From Tubulanus polymorphus (lineage: Eukaryota > Animalia > Nemertea), in contig NC_134027.1 in the NCBI RefSeq assembly GCF_964204645.1, positions 2,016,485 to 2,080,484 of the forward strand: 64,000 nucleotides of DNA. The letters run 5' to 3'. The translations under genes and the position numbers were made by a program. Of this stretch, positions 1 to 11,660 are shown one piece after another. The stretch's first letter is position 1, and each line of letters starts with the position of its first letter. The notes under the pieces were generated by a model. It made no database searches, had not been told where the DNA came from, and was given only the letters and a program-made list of their open reading frames with translations.

Positions 1-1341
1 TTAGTGTTCATTGAAGGCTTCCATATTGTTAGAAAATCTTTTATAATCTGTATGAGTTAACAGCTATTATTCTTGCATTAATCGTGCTATGTTGTGATAT
101 TGTCATTTTCATTGCCCGGTCTTTAAGATAATCAACATTTTTCTTTAATTTGCGCTTTAAACATTTACTGGCCAGTGTATGATACTGATATGTCACTGAT
201 AAGACTGAGACTTACGGTTAGAGATGATTGATTCTGTGATGAATACAATACACAATATGTCTGCATTCTTAAATTTTGTTCAGTTTATGTGATAACTTTT
301 TTAGTTTCACTTGCATTTGTTAAAAGTCTAGTCGACAATACAACTGCCTGTAGTGTGTATATATTGATCGATATATTTTTGATATAGCTGTAGAATAGAA
401 TTTCATAGAAATTCTTTGAATCACTGTCTACTGGTTCTTGTCTCTAAGCATGTTGTCGGGATGAATTTTTGAATTTAACGGTACAAGTAGTTTTCGATTA
501 TCTGGCTTAGGGACTTACAAATAATAGTGTTATAATCATTGTTACTTAACCATCTATGATCAATTTAAAAAAAGAAACAGAAACCATGTTACTTAACATT
601 TGATTATTTATGTATGAATGAGTGAGGATGTTTCAATTCCGAATAGATTCATCGTTAAATCCAGTTCGAAAATGTGGTATTCCAATTCTGTGTTCATGAA
701 AAAAAAGATAAGGTCAGGTATGATTTAGATCTAGGAATATAATGTAGTAGGCACCGTTGTTAGAATTTGCTCTAGTCAGCTGTTGTTTTGTTATGTATAG
801 ATGTATCTTGTGTGTGAGATTAATATTTTCAATGAGAGATTGTATTATTATACATTTTGTTTTTGTTAAACTCGTGGTGTCAGGAAATACGTTGTATTTA
901 AAATCTAAACATCATCTGGTATGGAAAATATACTTATATGCTCTACATAATTTATCATTGATTGTAGTTGATTGTGGATCAATTCTGATATTTCCATCAT
1001 TTTAGAAGATACATCCATAGGTCCAAATATTCAAACAAGCATTCATGATATGTGTTTTAAAACATAGGTTGATTTATTGCTTAAGACATTTAAAATAACA
1101 TTATACATATATTGAGTATGCTAATGTAGCAGTACACAGACAGGTTACAACCATCAACTTCATATCACAGACCTATAGGTTTTCAATCCATCTCTTGTAA
1201 ACGTTGTCACGGCCCAAAAACAGCGAGTTGTACATAGAGTAAACTAACACATGCGGATCGAAACACATGGAAGAGGAGAGTGAGGGAGGCTACTCAACAA
1301 TTGCAACAGTTTATTTCGAATGGAAAGTTTATTATCGATAT

Positions 1342-2608
1342 CTAGATGAGAGTATGATTTTTTCCGGTATTCAGCGAATGATTTCTGTACATTCCACATT
1401 GTCCTAGATGCTGAAATAGAAGACAAACGTATTTTTTACTGCTAGTGAAGTTATATACAAAATCTATTCTCGACAAAGTGGGACTGACGAAAGTGGCCCG
1501 AGGTAAGCGGTGCCTGAGTTAAGGATCAGAAAAATAAGATAGGAAATTTAGAAAACTGGGGCCAGTTGCTCAAAGGTTGGTTAGAGTTAACCAGTGGATT
1601 GTTGACATAGTGACAATTAAAAGTTCAATGTTACTATGGTATTTATCCGCTGGTTATCTTTAACCAATTTTCGAGCAACTGGGCCCTGATTTTTCTTATG
1701 TCTGAGTTGGTTGAGGTTTTACTGTATGCATCATTAATTCTGAAAACGTTACCTCTGAGAATTTTTGTGACTTGCAATGAAAACACGTGGGCATTGTGTG
1801 AACAGTTGGAACATGTGAGCCATATGTAGACGATGTTGTTCTGTACATCGGATTATGGGTTTGTGTGCCGTACCCTTTCAGCCATTCTGAAATTATATAA
1901 AATCATTTCAAGATTTATTTGAAGTTTTCACGATTCGAAAAACCAGTTCGATCTGATCAAAGAAGGCTTAACGTATTATCTTATAAAAAAAGAACAGAGC
2001 CCTTAAGAGAAAGAATTATAGAACAAGGCAAAATGTACCCACCATCTGGATCAGGCTGTATAGGGGGTGGAGTTGGGAAACACTCCGAGCATGTAAACAC
2101 GGGGTTTCCAGGGTTATAACATTGGCCTAAAAACAAAATTGAAATTATCTTATTTCCGAGGTAGCTTTAAACACAAATCTTACCATATGGCAAAAATCTT
2201 TCCAAATTTCCAAATTGGTGATGTGTAGAAATGTAACAACATCCTAGCTTTGCCATAAGGAAAAGATTTGTGGTAAAATAAATATAATTTACCATACCAG
2301 GATTATCAAATCGACCAGGAATTGATTGTATTCTGTAATAATCAGATGTTTTTGCACCTTTTGGAACTCCTCCTGGTCCAACTGAGTTTGAAGTATTCAG
2401 TTCATCAGTTGCAACATTCGATTGTTCAACCTGCTGCAAGAAAAACAGTGAGATGGAATAAAAAAGAGCCAAGACTGTTTAAAAAAGCGGTCTCTGTTGT
2501 GTGTTGTGACAGAAAACAGTGGAGCGCAATCCCTCAGCCGTTTACACTAATATTACTCAATATTGTCAAATGAATAATTACCATCATATCTCCTTCACCA
2601 GTAGCCAT
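1342..2608 (-). CDS. PIERCE1: PIERCE1-like microtubule inner protein (C9orf116/DUF4490 family); core exons 2608-2582, 2430-2298, 1886-1753, 1410-1342; optional exons 2256-2184 and 2126-2043
   Basis: The spliced translation MATGEGDMM/VEQ...KTSDYYRIQSIPGRFDNP/EWLKGYGTQTHNPMYRTTSSTYGSHVPTVHTMPTCFHCKSQKFSE/HLGQCGMYRNHSLNTGKNHTLI* matches PIERCE1 motifs as I recall them (TSDYYR..PGRFNNP.WF.GY, YRT...YG...PTVH.MP, GM.RN..LN). All introns are GT-AG with consistent phases. Confidence 0.85.
1559..1685. mobile_element. Palindromic MITE, PIF/Harbinger-like, family 1
   Basis: Imperfect terminal inverted repeats of about 40 bp (GGGCCAGTTGCTCAAAGGTTGGTTAGAG...CTTTAACCAATTTTCGAGCAACTGGGCC), flanked by CTG on both sides. 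A related copy lies at 11294-11418. Confidence 0.75.
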
Positions 2609-2714
2609 AATCACAGCAGCGACACTGACAAAATAGTAAATAATGAGCTGAGCCTGGGAGCAGTGCAACCTAAATGTCAAATCGTCAAATCGACGAATCT
2701 GTTTATTTATTTGC

Positions 2715-2728
2715 GTCGTCATAGAGAT
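2715..2728. promoter_or_regulatory. Candidate RFX X-box upstream of the PIERCE gene
   Basis: GTCGTCATAGAGAT is a degenerate match to GTYNYYATRGNRAY, about 110 bp upstream of the ATG of a motile-cilia gene. Confidence 0.35.
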
Positions 2729-2951
2729 ATACTATGATGCCCCCTATTAGGGGACATAGGAACGAGTTAGTATGATCGAATCCCATAATATTAACATATA
2801 TATAGATTGACAAGATAAAATAAAATGGGTGTTTTGAATGACATAAATTGCAGAGAATTAATAAGAATATCCAGACCACTCACTATATAAAAATCGAATA
2901 TAAGAAAAAGGTTGCCAATTTTGGGATTCGACCTACCAGTTATCGAAAAAC

Positions 2952-2964
2952 CAAGATGGCAGCC
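2952..2964 (+). promoter_or_regulatory. YY1-type motif at the ATXN10 5' end, within the PIERCE/ATXN10 divergent promoter
   Basis: CAAGATGGCAGCC versus the consensus CAAGATGGCGGC. Confidence 0.55.
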
Positions 2965-3003
2965 TCCATGAATTTTTAGAAATATTTTGAATTTTACACG
3001 AAA

Positions 3004-5317
3004 ATGTTAAATTTCGGCGATACTGGCGAATGTCAAGCGTGTCTCTCAAAACTCGAATCTAAAATTAACCTATTCAAGACAGAAAATGGAAGGTATTATT
3101 TGGAAATCTATTTCAAATTTGATTGATACGCTATTTTGGACCAGCCAGCTGCCCCGTCTGTGACCCACCAGTAAACTAAAGCATCACTCAGTGATGTGTG
3201 TTGTTAGTTACTATTATAGTGAATGTTGTGTACAGGAATTTGCATTGATGGTCATGTTTTTGGTCTCTCCTTGTGTTTTTAAGGTCGCAGTTAAATGAAT
3301 GTGAGTCATTATTGAATGAATTAAGTTCAATATATGAGAGTCTCATCGAGTTCAATGGTGAAAATAAAGGAAGTTCGATTTACAGAATTTCAATTCAGAT
3401 TCTTACTGAAGGTTTCCGTGCATTGAGAAATGCTTGTGCAGGATGTCCACAGAATCAGAATCTTATTTCTCAAAGGTATTGCTGTCATCGATGTTAAAGT
3501 AATTCATGTCTCTTCTTCAAATTCTATTGATCTGTATGATAAAAACTACAATTTTTTCTCTAGAGAAAAAGTTTTGGAACATATCAGGACACTGTTTCTA
3601 TCCCTGGTTGAAAAGGATTATACAGAAATGAAAGATCTTGGTAATGTACTTCATAGTGACCTCCACTCTCTGTGTCATTAACATCAATGAAAATTATTTT
3701 CTGATTTTCTTCTTCAGTTTTATCATGTTTATGCTGTGGCGTTCAGTTCTTAGGAAATTTTGTCACTGGCAGTGAGCAGAACCAGAACATAGTTTGGCGA
3801 TTTTATCTAGATCTATTTAAGTAAGTTATTTTCTCTGTATGCATGTTAAACTGGAAAAATAATGGCATGGATGTAGATTTGATTCAAATTTTACAGCAAA
3901 TTCTTATCACTTGAAAATGAAAAGTTGAATTCTTACACGTGTATGGTGATATATAACTGTTCTACTGAAGAGCACAGATCTGAACTGATAACAACTGATG
4001 ATGGACAAGTACTGATAAAAGGCATCCTACAGAGTTTAATGAAACATGATTCTGAATGGGGGTAAGATCATAGTTAATAATCTGTCCTACTTAAATTGCT
4101 GTACGATTTTGATCGTAGAATAATTTGATTTTAAAGCAGGGAAATTGATTGCTATTTTCAGTTTGTATATTATACAAGATTTATTACAGTACTGTGGATT
4201 CATGGAAGATACGTTTCATGTTTTGAATAATAGTGAAAAGTAAGCAAAAATAATCACGAATATCGTGTAGAAAAAGTGAAATAGCGTCATTCAACAGTAT
4301 TATTTTCCTTTCAGATTTTTCCTGCTTGAGATAATGAAAGCCAAAGTGAAAGAGTTTGCTGAAAATGAGAAAGAAACGAAACTTCCGTTCCCTGTGTTCT
4401 GTTTATCGTTCATCCTTGAACAGTTCAAATCGAAAGCTCATTCGATTCTGGGTTTGAACAAACAGAAAACTGATGATGAATCTGTACGAAAATAACTCAT
4501 AATTATTGAATTTAGATACAGTTGTCTATGATTACTAGTAACTGAGCTCTCCAACTATTCGATCTTTCAGGATTCAGTGGTTGTAGTGCATTTACTGGAC
4601 ATACTTTGTGCAGCGACTTCTAGACCGAGTCCTTATGATAAAGTGAAAGATGATAATGATATTGTTGCATGTTGTATAAGTAAGTTTATTAAAAAAGATG
4701 TCTTTACTCTCATAATTTATGTAGTCCGATTGATATGATTTCCATATTTTATCTATTGTAGATTTATTGAAAACTGTGAAAGATTTAGGTGAACAAGGTT
4801 GTAATGAGTTTACGCCTGTTGGGAAGGTTGCCGATCTCGGCAGTGTTAATACGGAGCATCCCGTTCATGGATTGAAACGGGATCTCATTCGACTCGTCAG
4901 TAACCTCGTCTATAAGCACAAGAAAAATCAGAATATGGTTCGGGAATTGGAAGGAATACCTATAATTCTGAACCACACTAATATCGATGGCAGAAATCCT
5001 TGTATCCTTTACACGCAGCTACTGGTTGTATTATTCATCTGTTTGCTTCAGACCATGAATTAATCGATGAACTTCTAATAAAAAATTACATTTACTTGTA
5101 CTTGTACTTGTTACATATTCTTAATGAAATATCAGTTATAACTCAGTGGTGTATTTTAGCGGTGAGAAATTTGATGGACGGCAATGATGATAATAAATCT
5201 TATTTAAATGAATTGAAACTGGAAGGTGTTGCTAATAATCCCGAATTAATGACTCAATTTGGAGTAAACGCAATGAAAAAAGATGATAAAATTGTTGTGC
5301 AAAAAGTTTTGAAATGA
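3004..5317 (+). CDS. ATXN10: Ataxin-10 (10 coding exons)
   Basis: Exons translate to FRALRNACAGCPQNQN, CGVQFLGNF, HGLKRDLIRLVSNLVYKHKKNQNMVRELEGIPIILNHTNIDGRNPF/ITQWCILAVRNL, i.e. the ataxin-10 C-terminal domain. Splice phases are consistent. Confidence 0.93.
5002..5135 (+). other. U12-type (minor spliceosome) GT-AG intron in ATXN10
   Basis: 5' splice site GTATCCTTT; branch site TTCTTAAT at 5118-5125, about 10 nt before the AG; no polypyrimidine tract. Removing it restores NPF-ITQW. Confidence 0.9.
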
Positions 5318-6423
5318 TGTTAACTAGTTGTTGTCAAATAAAGTCTTACCATCAATAAATCAACATTAAGATTCTTTCATCGTTAATAGTTTGATATAAT
5401 TTTCTTCGTTGTTTTTGCGGATTGGAAGCAGTCGAGAAGGATAAATTCAGTGGTGAGGAACATTAATAAATACAAAACCACTACCGGTGTTAGAAAACGA
5501 AATCCAGTAAAAACCGAGAATAAAGTGGAGGAGTTCTGTTTTAAAATATTTTGACGCATTTTTACCGCGCTACCCGCCGAACTCCTTGATAACGTTTAGT
5601 TCAATTGATAAAGTCTGGAGTGAGGTAATGCTTTGACAATTCTGATCTTGAGAAAATAGTGATACGTAAGTATGTCTGCCAGGGGTGCGTGCAGCTGATT
5701 GAGTCGAGCGGACTCATAAAAAGACTGAAAGGAGAACACGTTCCGTAAACACAACCTTTATGTACACACCAACAACCTTGTGAGGTTTATACCTAGAAAG
5801 TTTAACAACGAAATTTGATGAAAACCGTCGTAGACCTATATGAAATATACGTGTATTGTATATCTATCATAGCCCGGGGTTAGACATTATTTATTAGAAA
5901 TATCCCACGCACACAGCTCCCGGATGGATGAAAAACGATCATTGTCCAGTTTAAAATTGACATACCTGTTTTTAATCATAAAATTGAATAACGCGAAGAA
6001 AAAACGATGAAATCGAAAAGGAAGACTTTGTTTTCTACAAAATTGTTGGATCAGACGTTTTACAAAAACAGCTGTGTGACAATATATGTACCCACCCAGA
6101 CCAGGTGTTTTACAAATGTAAATTACTGCGTATCTAAAGACTGATCCGTGTTATTGTTAGTAATTATAGGTTATTATAATTCATGGACTTAAACTGTCAA
6201 AACTTTGACAACATTTCAACAAGACTTTCTGTCGTGAAACCCAAGGGTTTATTCGCATTTATGAGACTAATTTCCATGCTTTGTCACCGGAACTGCGTAT
6301 ATTTCTATAATTGCAATTCTATTGCCGCGGGTATTTTTTCGAATCGAATTTTTGTGCCGATGGCCTCCTCCTCCTTTTGGCATAGACTCGGGCAAAATAC
6401 TGCGAAACGTGTCCCGGAACGAA

Positions 6424-6484
6424 AGGCGGGTTTACCATGTCACAAAGACAGACGATTCGGCCAATCACCGAGCGTCGATATAAA
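6424..6484 (+). promoter_or_regulatory. Putative Wnt7 core promoter (GC box, CCAAT, TATA)
   Basis: AGGCGGG at 6424, CCAAT at 6461 and TATAAA at 6479, about 230 bp upstream of the Wnt7 ATG. Confidence 0.5.
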
Positions 6485-6711
6485 CTTGTGAAATTTACCC
6501 TAGACAGTTAACTCAGAAGTCAAGTGAGCAATTAAAAGGACAAAATGTTCATCGGATTTAAGAGGATATATCGTAGAAAAATTAACGCATACAGGTCTTC
6601 AATTACATTAATTACATAACTGTGGATATAAGCGATTAACAGTCGGATTAATTCATGTCAAAGACGGATTAACGTTTGTAGAATGTGATATGATACAGAA
6701 ACATCCCCAGA

Positions 6712-9700
6712 ATGGACTGGTCACGACTAATATTGCTAACATCAAGTCTTTTGGTTGTAATTTGCAGTTTTCTCGGCAATTGTTTGTAAGTAAATATGAA
6801 TAAATCGAAGAAAAAGAAACGCTGTTGAATAAGCTAATCAAAAAGGCAATGGGATTAACTGTAATATAACTATAGCTATTCGGCTAACGGATATATATTC
6901 AACTTTCAATACTTAGCTTCTATACATTTATATTTCATTGCTATTTATAATGCCTGCGGCTTGTAAAGTATATACATATTAAAACTTATTTTTTAGGAAT
7001 ACACAGGAATGGTGAGTAAACATTATTCTATAAATTCATAAATGCAATTTATTCAAATCGTGATGAAAAATTAGTCATATGAGATATACGTCATTACCCT
7101 TCTCTGCATAACTTGGCAAATAGTGTAAGGTGCCTGCATTTACAGCGACCAAGTTTTAAAAATTTCCGTACATTGAAGTCATATTTTGCCTAACTACGAA
7201 TCGTTGTCATAAATTTTGTTCAAATCATGTTAGAATCCAAACAAATAATTGGATGCAAAAATGACGAAATTCGCGTAATCTCTTAAAAAACATTCTTATT
7301 TTTCCCTAATTCGGGCTGCCGGAAATGTCCTACATATTCTACCAGTAATTTGAAGGATTTTTTTTTTTAGTAAGACATGATTTATTATTGATCGTCGAAC
7401 TCAAAAACGACATTCAACAAATTTCCTTTACCGTAACTTATAATAAGAAACGCCGCAGTTGTTCCGAAGATAAATGCAGATTTAAATGGTCGTGACTATA
7501 TCAATGTTTTACTCGTTGACGTTTGGGGTCATTCTCGTAAAACTCCTCCGCCTATCCTGAAGAATCTTTTCATTCAGAGTATTAGATGAATTAGAAAAGA
7601 ACTTCTCTATTACTTCAATGTTGAATCCTATCGTTTAATAATCTGCTAAACTATTACGCGTGATTTATGGTTCACGGAAAATATCTGTTCAGCGCTTTTT
7701 GAAAAATAGCACGTGTATGCCCGGCCCTTACTGCACAGTTTGTGCGAAAACAGCTTTATATGAAAACAACAAAAATCGAATAATACTCTTTGATATTAAT
7801 CGAATGAAATTCTAAGAAATTCTTTGAAAAATGTTCAAAAGTTTTCATTTCATAAATTTAGGGGTTCACCATCCGCGGCCGCTTTGGGGGCGAGGCTGAT
7901 CTGCAACAAAATTCCCGGTATGACGCATAAACAAAGAGCTATCTGTCAAAATCATCCAGACGCTTTAGTGGCTATCGGACGCGGCGCTAAGTCAGCCATC
8001 ATAGAATGTCAGAATCAATTTAAGGGTCATCGCTGGAACTGCACGATAAAAGAAGATGATTGGATGTTTGGACACATTTTACCTCTGGGTAAGTTTCAAA
8101 TCAAAAGTTCGAAAAAATGTAACGAACGATTTTTCAAAGAATTCCAGATCACTGTTTGAAGGTGTTCTTTTCATGTGACTTGTTTTGATTTAATTCGAAA
8201 TATTGTCTAGTGCTTTTTGAAGTAACTTTGCACCCGAAATAGCGCTCCGCGGATCAAAGCCGATCCTTCTCAATTGATATAATGTCTGTCTCTTGTATTT
8301 CGTCGGAGGTTCCACACTTTCTAGCGTTTCAAGTCACATTTTTGGCATTGTAAAGTAGTCGGTGATTTTGTCGTAATCCTCATTAATCATCCGCTGTCAT
8401 TCAACCTTGTCTAAAAGTTGTACACATGAAAAGATATATCCAAAAACTACTTCATCAAAGGCGGGTTTTATTTTTTGAAGTATATAACAATGGGTAGGGA
8501 TTACTTCATGGCCATGTGTATCACCTCGACATGTCTGGAAGGTATAAGACCCAGTCGAAATATCAAGGTTTTTTCAACGTAATTTTTGAATATGAATTTC
8601 TTTTTCGAATTGCTTAGCGCGGAAATTGATTCGTTTTCAAAGATTATGAATTCAGAATCATTTTTACACTTGCTCGAAATAAACAAGTATGAAGATTCAG
8701 ATTTTACTTTTCCGTTATCTGCGAAAAAGCATCGTTATAAGTTAAAAACAAAATACGCGTAGAATGCTAGATTATGATAGCAGTTACTTTTAATTGGGGC
8801 CTCCCTGCACGCTAAGTTCGGTTTAGTAGTGCGGCCAACATACGCGTTCCAAAACGTCGTATTGTCCACGTTCATAATTCACGATTCCAGCCAGACCGAA
8901 AGGTGTTTAAAATGTCAAGCTATAAAAAGACATCAATCAAACCATCAAAAAGTGATTAGATCGAAATGGTCGTGAATCCGCGAAGTGTCATTAGATAATC
9001 ATTAGAGTTCAGAGTGCTATTTATACGGACACGATCCCACAATTCACTCTCGGCGCATTAATTTACAATGAATATTCACTTTGCTTGTACGAATTTGACT
9101 TCAAGTGTCAATATTTATGATTGTCGAGTTAAGCTGTTTCTTAAGCGCTTTACAAATCGGTGCGAATCAAAAGTTTAACTAATAAAACGAATCAACTATA
9201 AAAGCATCGCCGTTACATTTACCGATAAACACATAGTACATCTTCATAAACTAATAAGGTCACAGCGCCAGTTTGATATGTGTTCATAATCGACAATCTT
9301 TCTTCGTATACGAATCATGAAAATAGATCAACGAAAGATCAATTTTTTGATAAGAAGACGATACATTTTACAAATCGAAATATTGGGTCTATATATTCGA
9401 ATCTTTATACCAATGAATCGGGTAAACATGTAAAAGCTTGTTATTCGCTACAACTCAAGGTTGAATAATATACGTTTTTGCGACTTTTATCGTTGAATTT
9501 ACAAGCGTCGTACGCCACATGCAGTATTTACGATGGAATAATTTTACTATAAACATGTCAAACAACAATAACCTGAGAATAATTCTGATCTCATAAATCG
9601 CACCCTGTGACCTCTTTCCCAGGTAGTTTTTGAACTTTGGTCGTTAAATTGTAAATTTTACGATGCTTAGAGCCATAACTCCCATCCTATACAAAACTAT

Positions 9701-10828
9701 TTAAACAGTTATGTATTTAAGATCTGCTAAACTATTGATATAATTTGACAGACAATGATTTAAATGATATTTCTTTGAATTGTCAAAAAATGTGTTTACC
9801 GGTCTCATCGTAAAATCGTCTTCTTTCTTTTTAAAATGAGATGTTATTATTTTGTATTTGTAGCGAGTCGAGAAGCGGCTTTTACGAATGCTATCAGTTC
9901 TGCGGGTATAACATACGCCATTACGCAAGCATGTAGCATGGGTAACTTGAGTCACTGCGGTTGTGACAGAAGCAAGATGGAGGGCCGTCTATCGCCGAAT
10001 AGTGAGTGGAAATGGGGCGGGTGCAGCGTGGATATCAAACAAGGAATTAAATTCTCAAAGTGGTTTGTCGACGCTCGGGAAAGAAACGGAGATCCGAGAG
10101 CTCTAATGAATTTACACAATAACTGTGCCGGAAGACAGGTTCGTCCGTATTTATGTCTATAGTGTTCTAATTCAAATACGTTTTTCCCACTGCGAGCGAT
10201 TATGCAAGAAAAAGATATCGCGTATAGATATATGATTTCCAGTGAAAGACTTGTTTACAATTATTCTTTGCAAATTTGATATTATTGACTTCATAAAATG
10301 ATATTGTTTCGAACTTTTCAGGCAGTGAAAAAGACAATGAGACGTGATTGTAAATGTCATGGTCCTTCCGGTTCGTGTAGTATAAAAACGTGTTGGCTGA
10401 GTTTGCCATCTTTCCGGAAAATAGGCTCCCACCTAATGGACCGATACTGGAACGCGAAGGAAGTTGAACCACACGTGAATAAAAAACGGCCTCATAAGCC
10501 GCTGACTTTAAAACTGAAACGTGTCGTCAAAGTGCCGAAGAAACAACGTCGAAGACGCCGACCGAGAAGAACCGATTTGGTCTACTTGGAAAGCTCGCCG
10601 AATTATTGCGAAAGGGACATGTCAGTTCTGTCCCCGGGCACTAGGGGGCGCCAGTGTAATCGTAGTTCGAATAATAAAATGAACAGTTGTCATTTGTTGT
10701 GTTGCGATCGAGGATATAATACACATCAGTACACACGAACTTGGCAGTGTAACTGTAAGTTTATTTGGTGCTGCGATGTCACGTGTCAAATTTGTCGTCA
10801 AGAAACTGAAATTTACACCTGTAAATAG
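6712..10828 (+). CDS. WNT7: Wnt7 ligand; exons 6712-6785, 7862-8088, 9864-10138, 10322-10828
   Basis: Signal-peptide exon [24 protein letters not shown], then [13 protein letters not shown] (Wnt7-type), [30 protein letters not shown] and [22 protein letters not shown]...EIYTCK. Four-exon structure as in vertebrate WNT7. Confidence 0.93.
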
Positions 10829-11293
10829 TTAAATTCAAAATCTTACAGGACTCCCTCGTGGCAATCTTTAATGTTCAGCTCTTATTAGGATATTCAAATT
10901 TCCACAGAACAGGACCGTTTGAGAGTGGATTTGATTGGTTGAATATCACGTTATGTGTCACATGCGCAATCATTCTCCACAGTGATTGGATGAATTCGTT
11001 CGGACACAGCGCCATCTATGGACCTATTTGGATTTCGAATAAATCTTCAATGTCGTGCTTTATTCATTCAAATTTCAACATCGATCGTATATAAAATGGA
11101 TGTAACACATAAATGCATTCAGCAAGATTATTTCTACTTTACTTCGATAAAGCTTATAATCCTTTTTTCACTCTGAAAAATGTAAATATATACCTCAATG
11201 TAAAATGTGTAAGAAATGTAATTGTCCGTATGCCATTCTTAATGTTTCAAACAATTTTTTCTGAAACAGGGGACGAGAGACTTCAACGAACTT

Positions 11294-11418
11294 GGCCTGG
11301 TTGCTCAAAAGTTGGTCAAAGTTTACCATCGGATTAATACCAAGGAGAATACAGTTATAGTCGTTATTGTGTCAGTTATCCACTGGGTAGCTTTAACCAA
11401 TTTTCTAGCAACTGGTCC
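11294..11418. mobile_element. MITE family 1, second copy
   Basis: GGCCTGGTTGCTCAAAAGTTGGTCAAAG...CTTTAACCAATTTTCTAGCAACTGGTCC aligns with 1559-1685. Confidence 0.7.
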
Positions 11419-11450
11419 CTGGACTTAACTTCAGACTGGGTTGATATAAA

Positions 11451-11660
11451 GGCGAATTTTGGATTTCGTACTTAGTCGACTAAGTGGCCGAAGCTAATAA
11501 TCGAACGCACTCGGTCCTGACAGCGTCGACCATCATGGAACTGTCCAAACTACAGCGACCGTGCTCAGTCGCGTGGTTCGCTATTTCCGGACTATAGTTG
11601 CAACTGACATTCGTTTTCGCTGAGTTTGCAAATAGTCGACTGCGATAACCGAAGTTCGCC
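11451..11660. mobile_element. MITE with GGCGAA...TTCGCC termini
   Basis: Left end GGCGAATTTTGGATTTCG..AGTCGACTA versus reverse-complemented right end GGCGAACTTCGGTTATCGCAGTCGACTA; AAA/TAA flanks. Confidence 0.55.

Noticed and set aside
1-1300. Possible gene or ORF 757-1005 at the left edge
   Set aside because: AT-rich, UTR-like sequence with no recognisable protein or splice structure.
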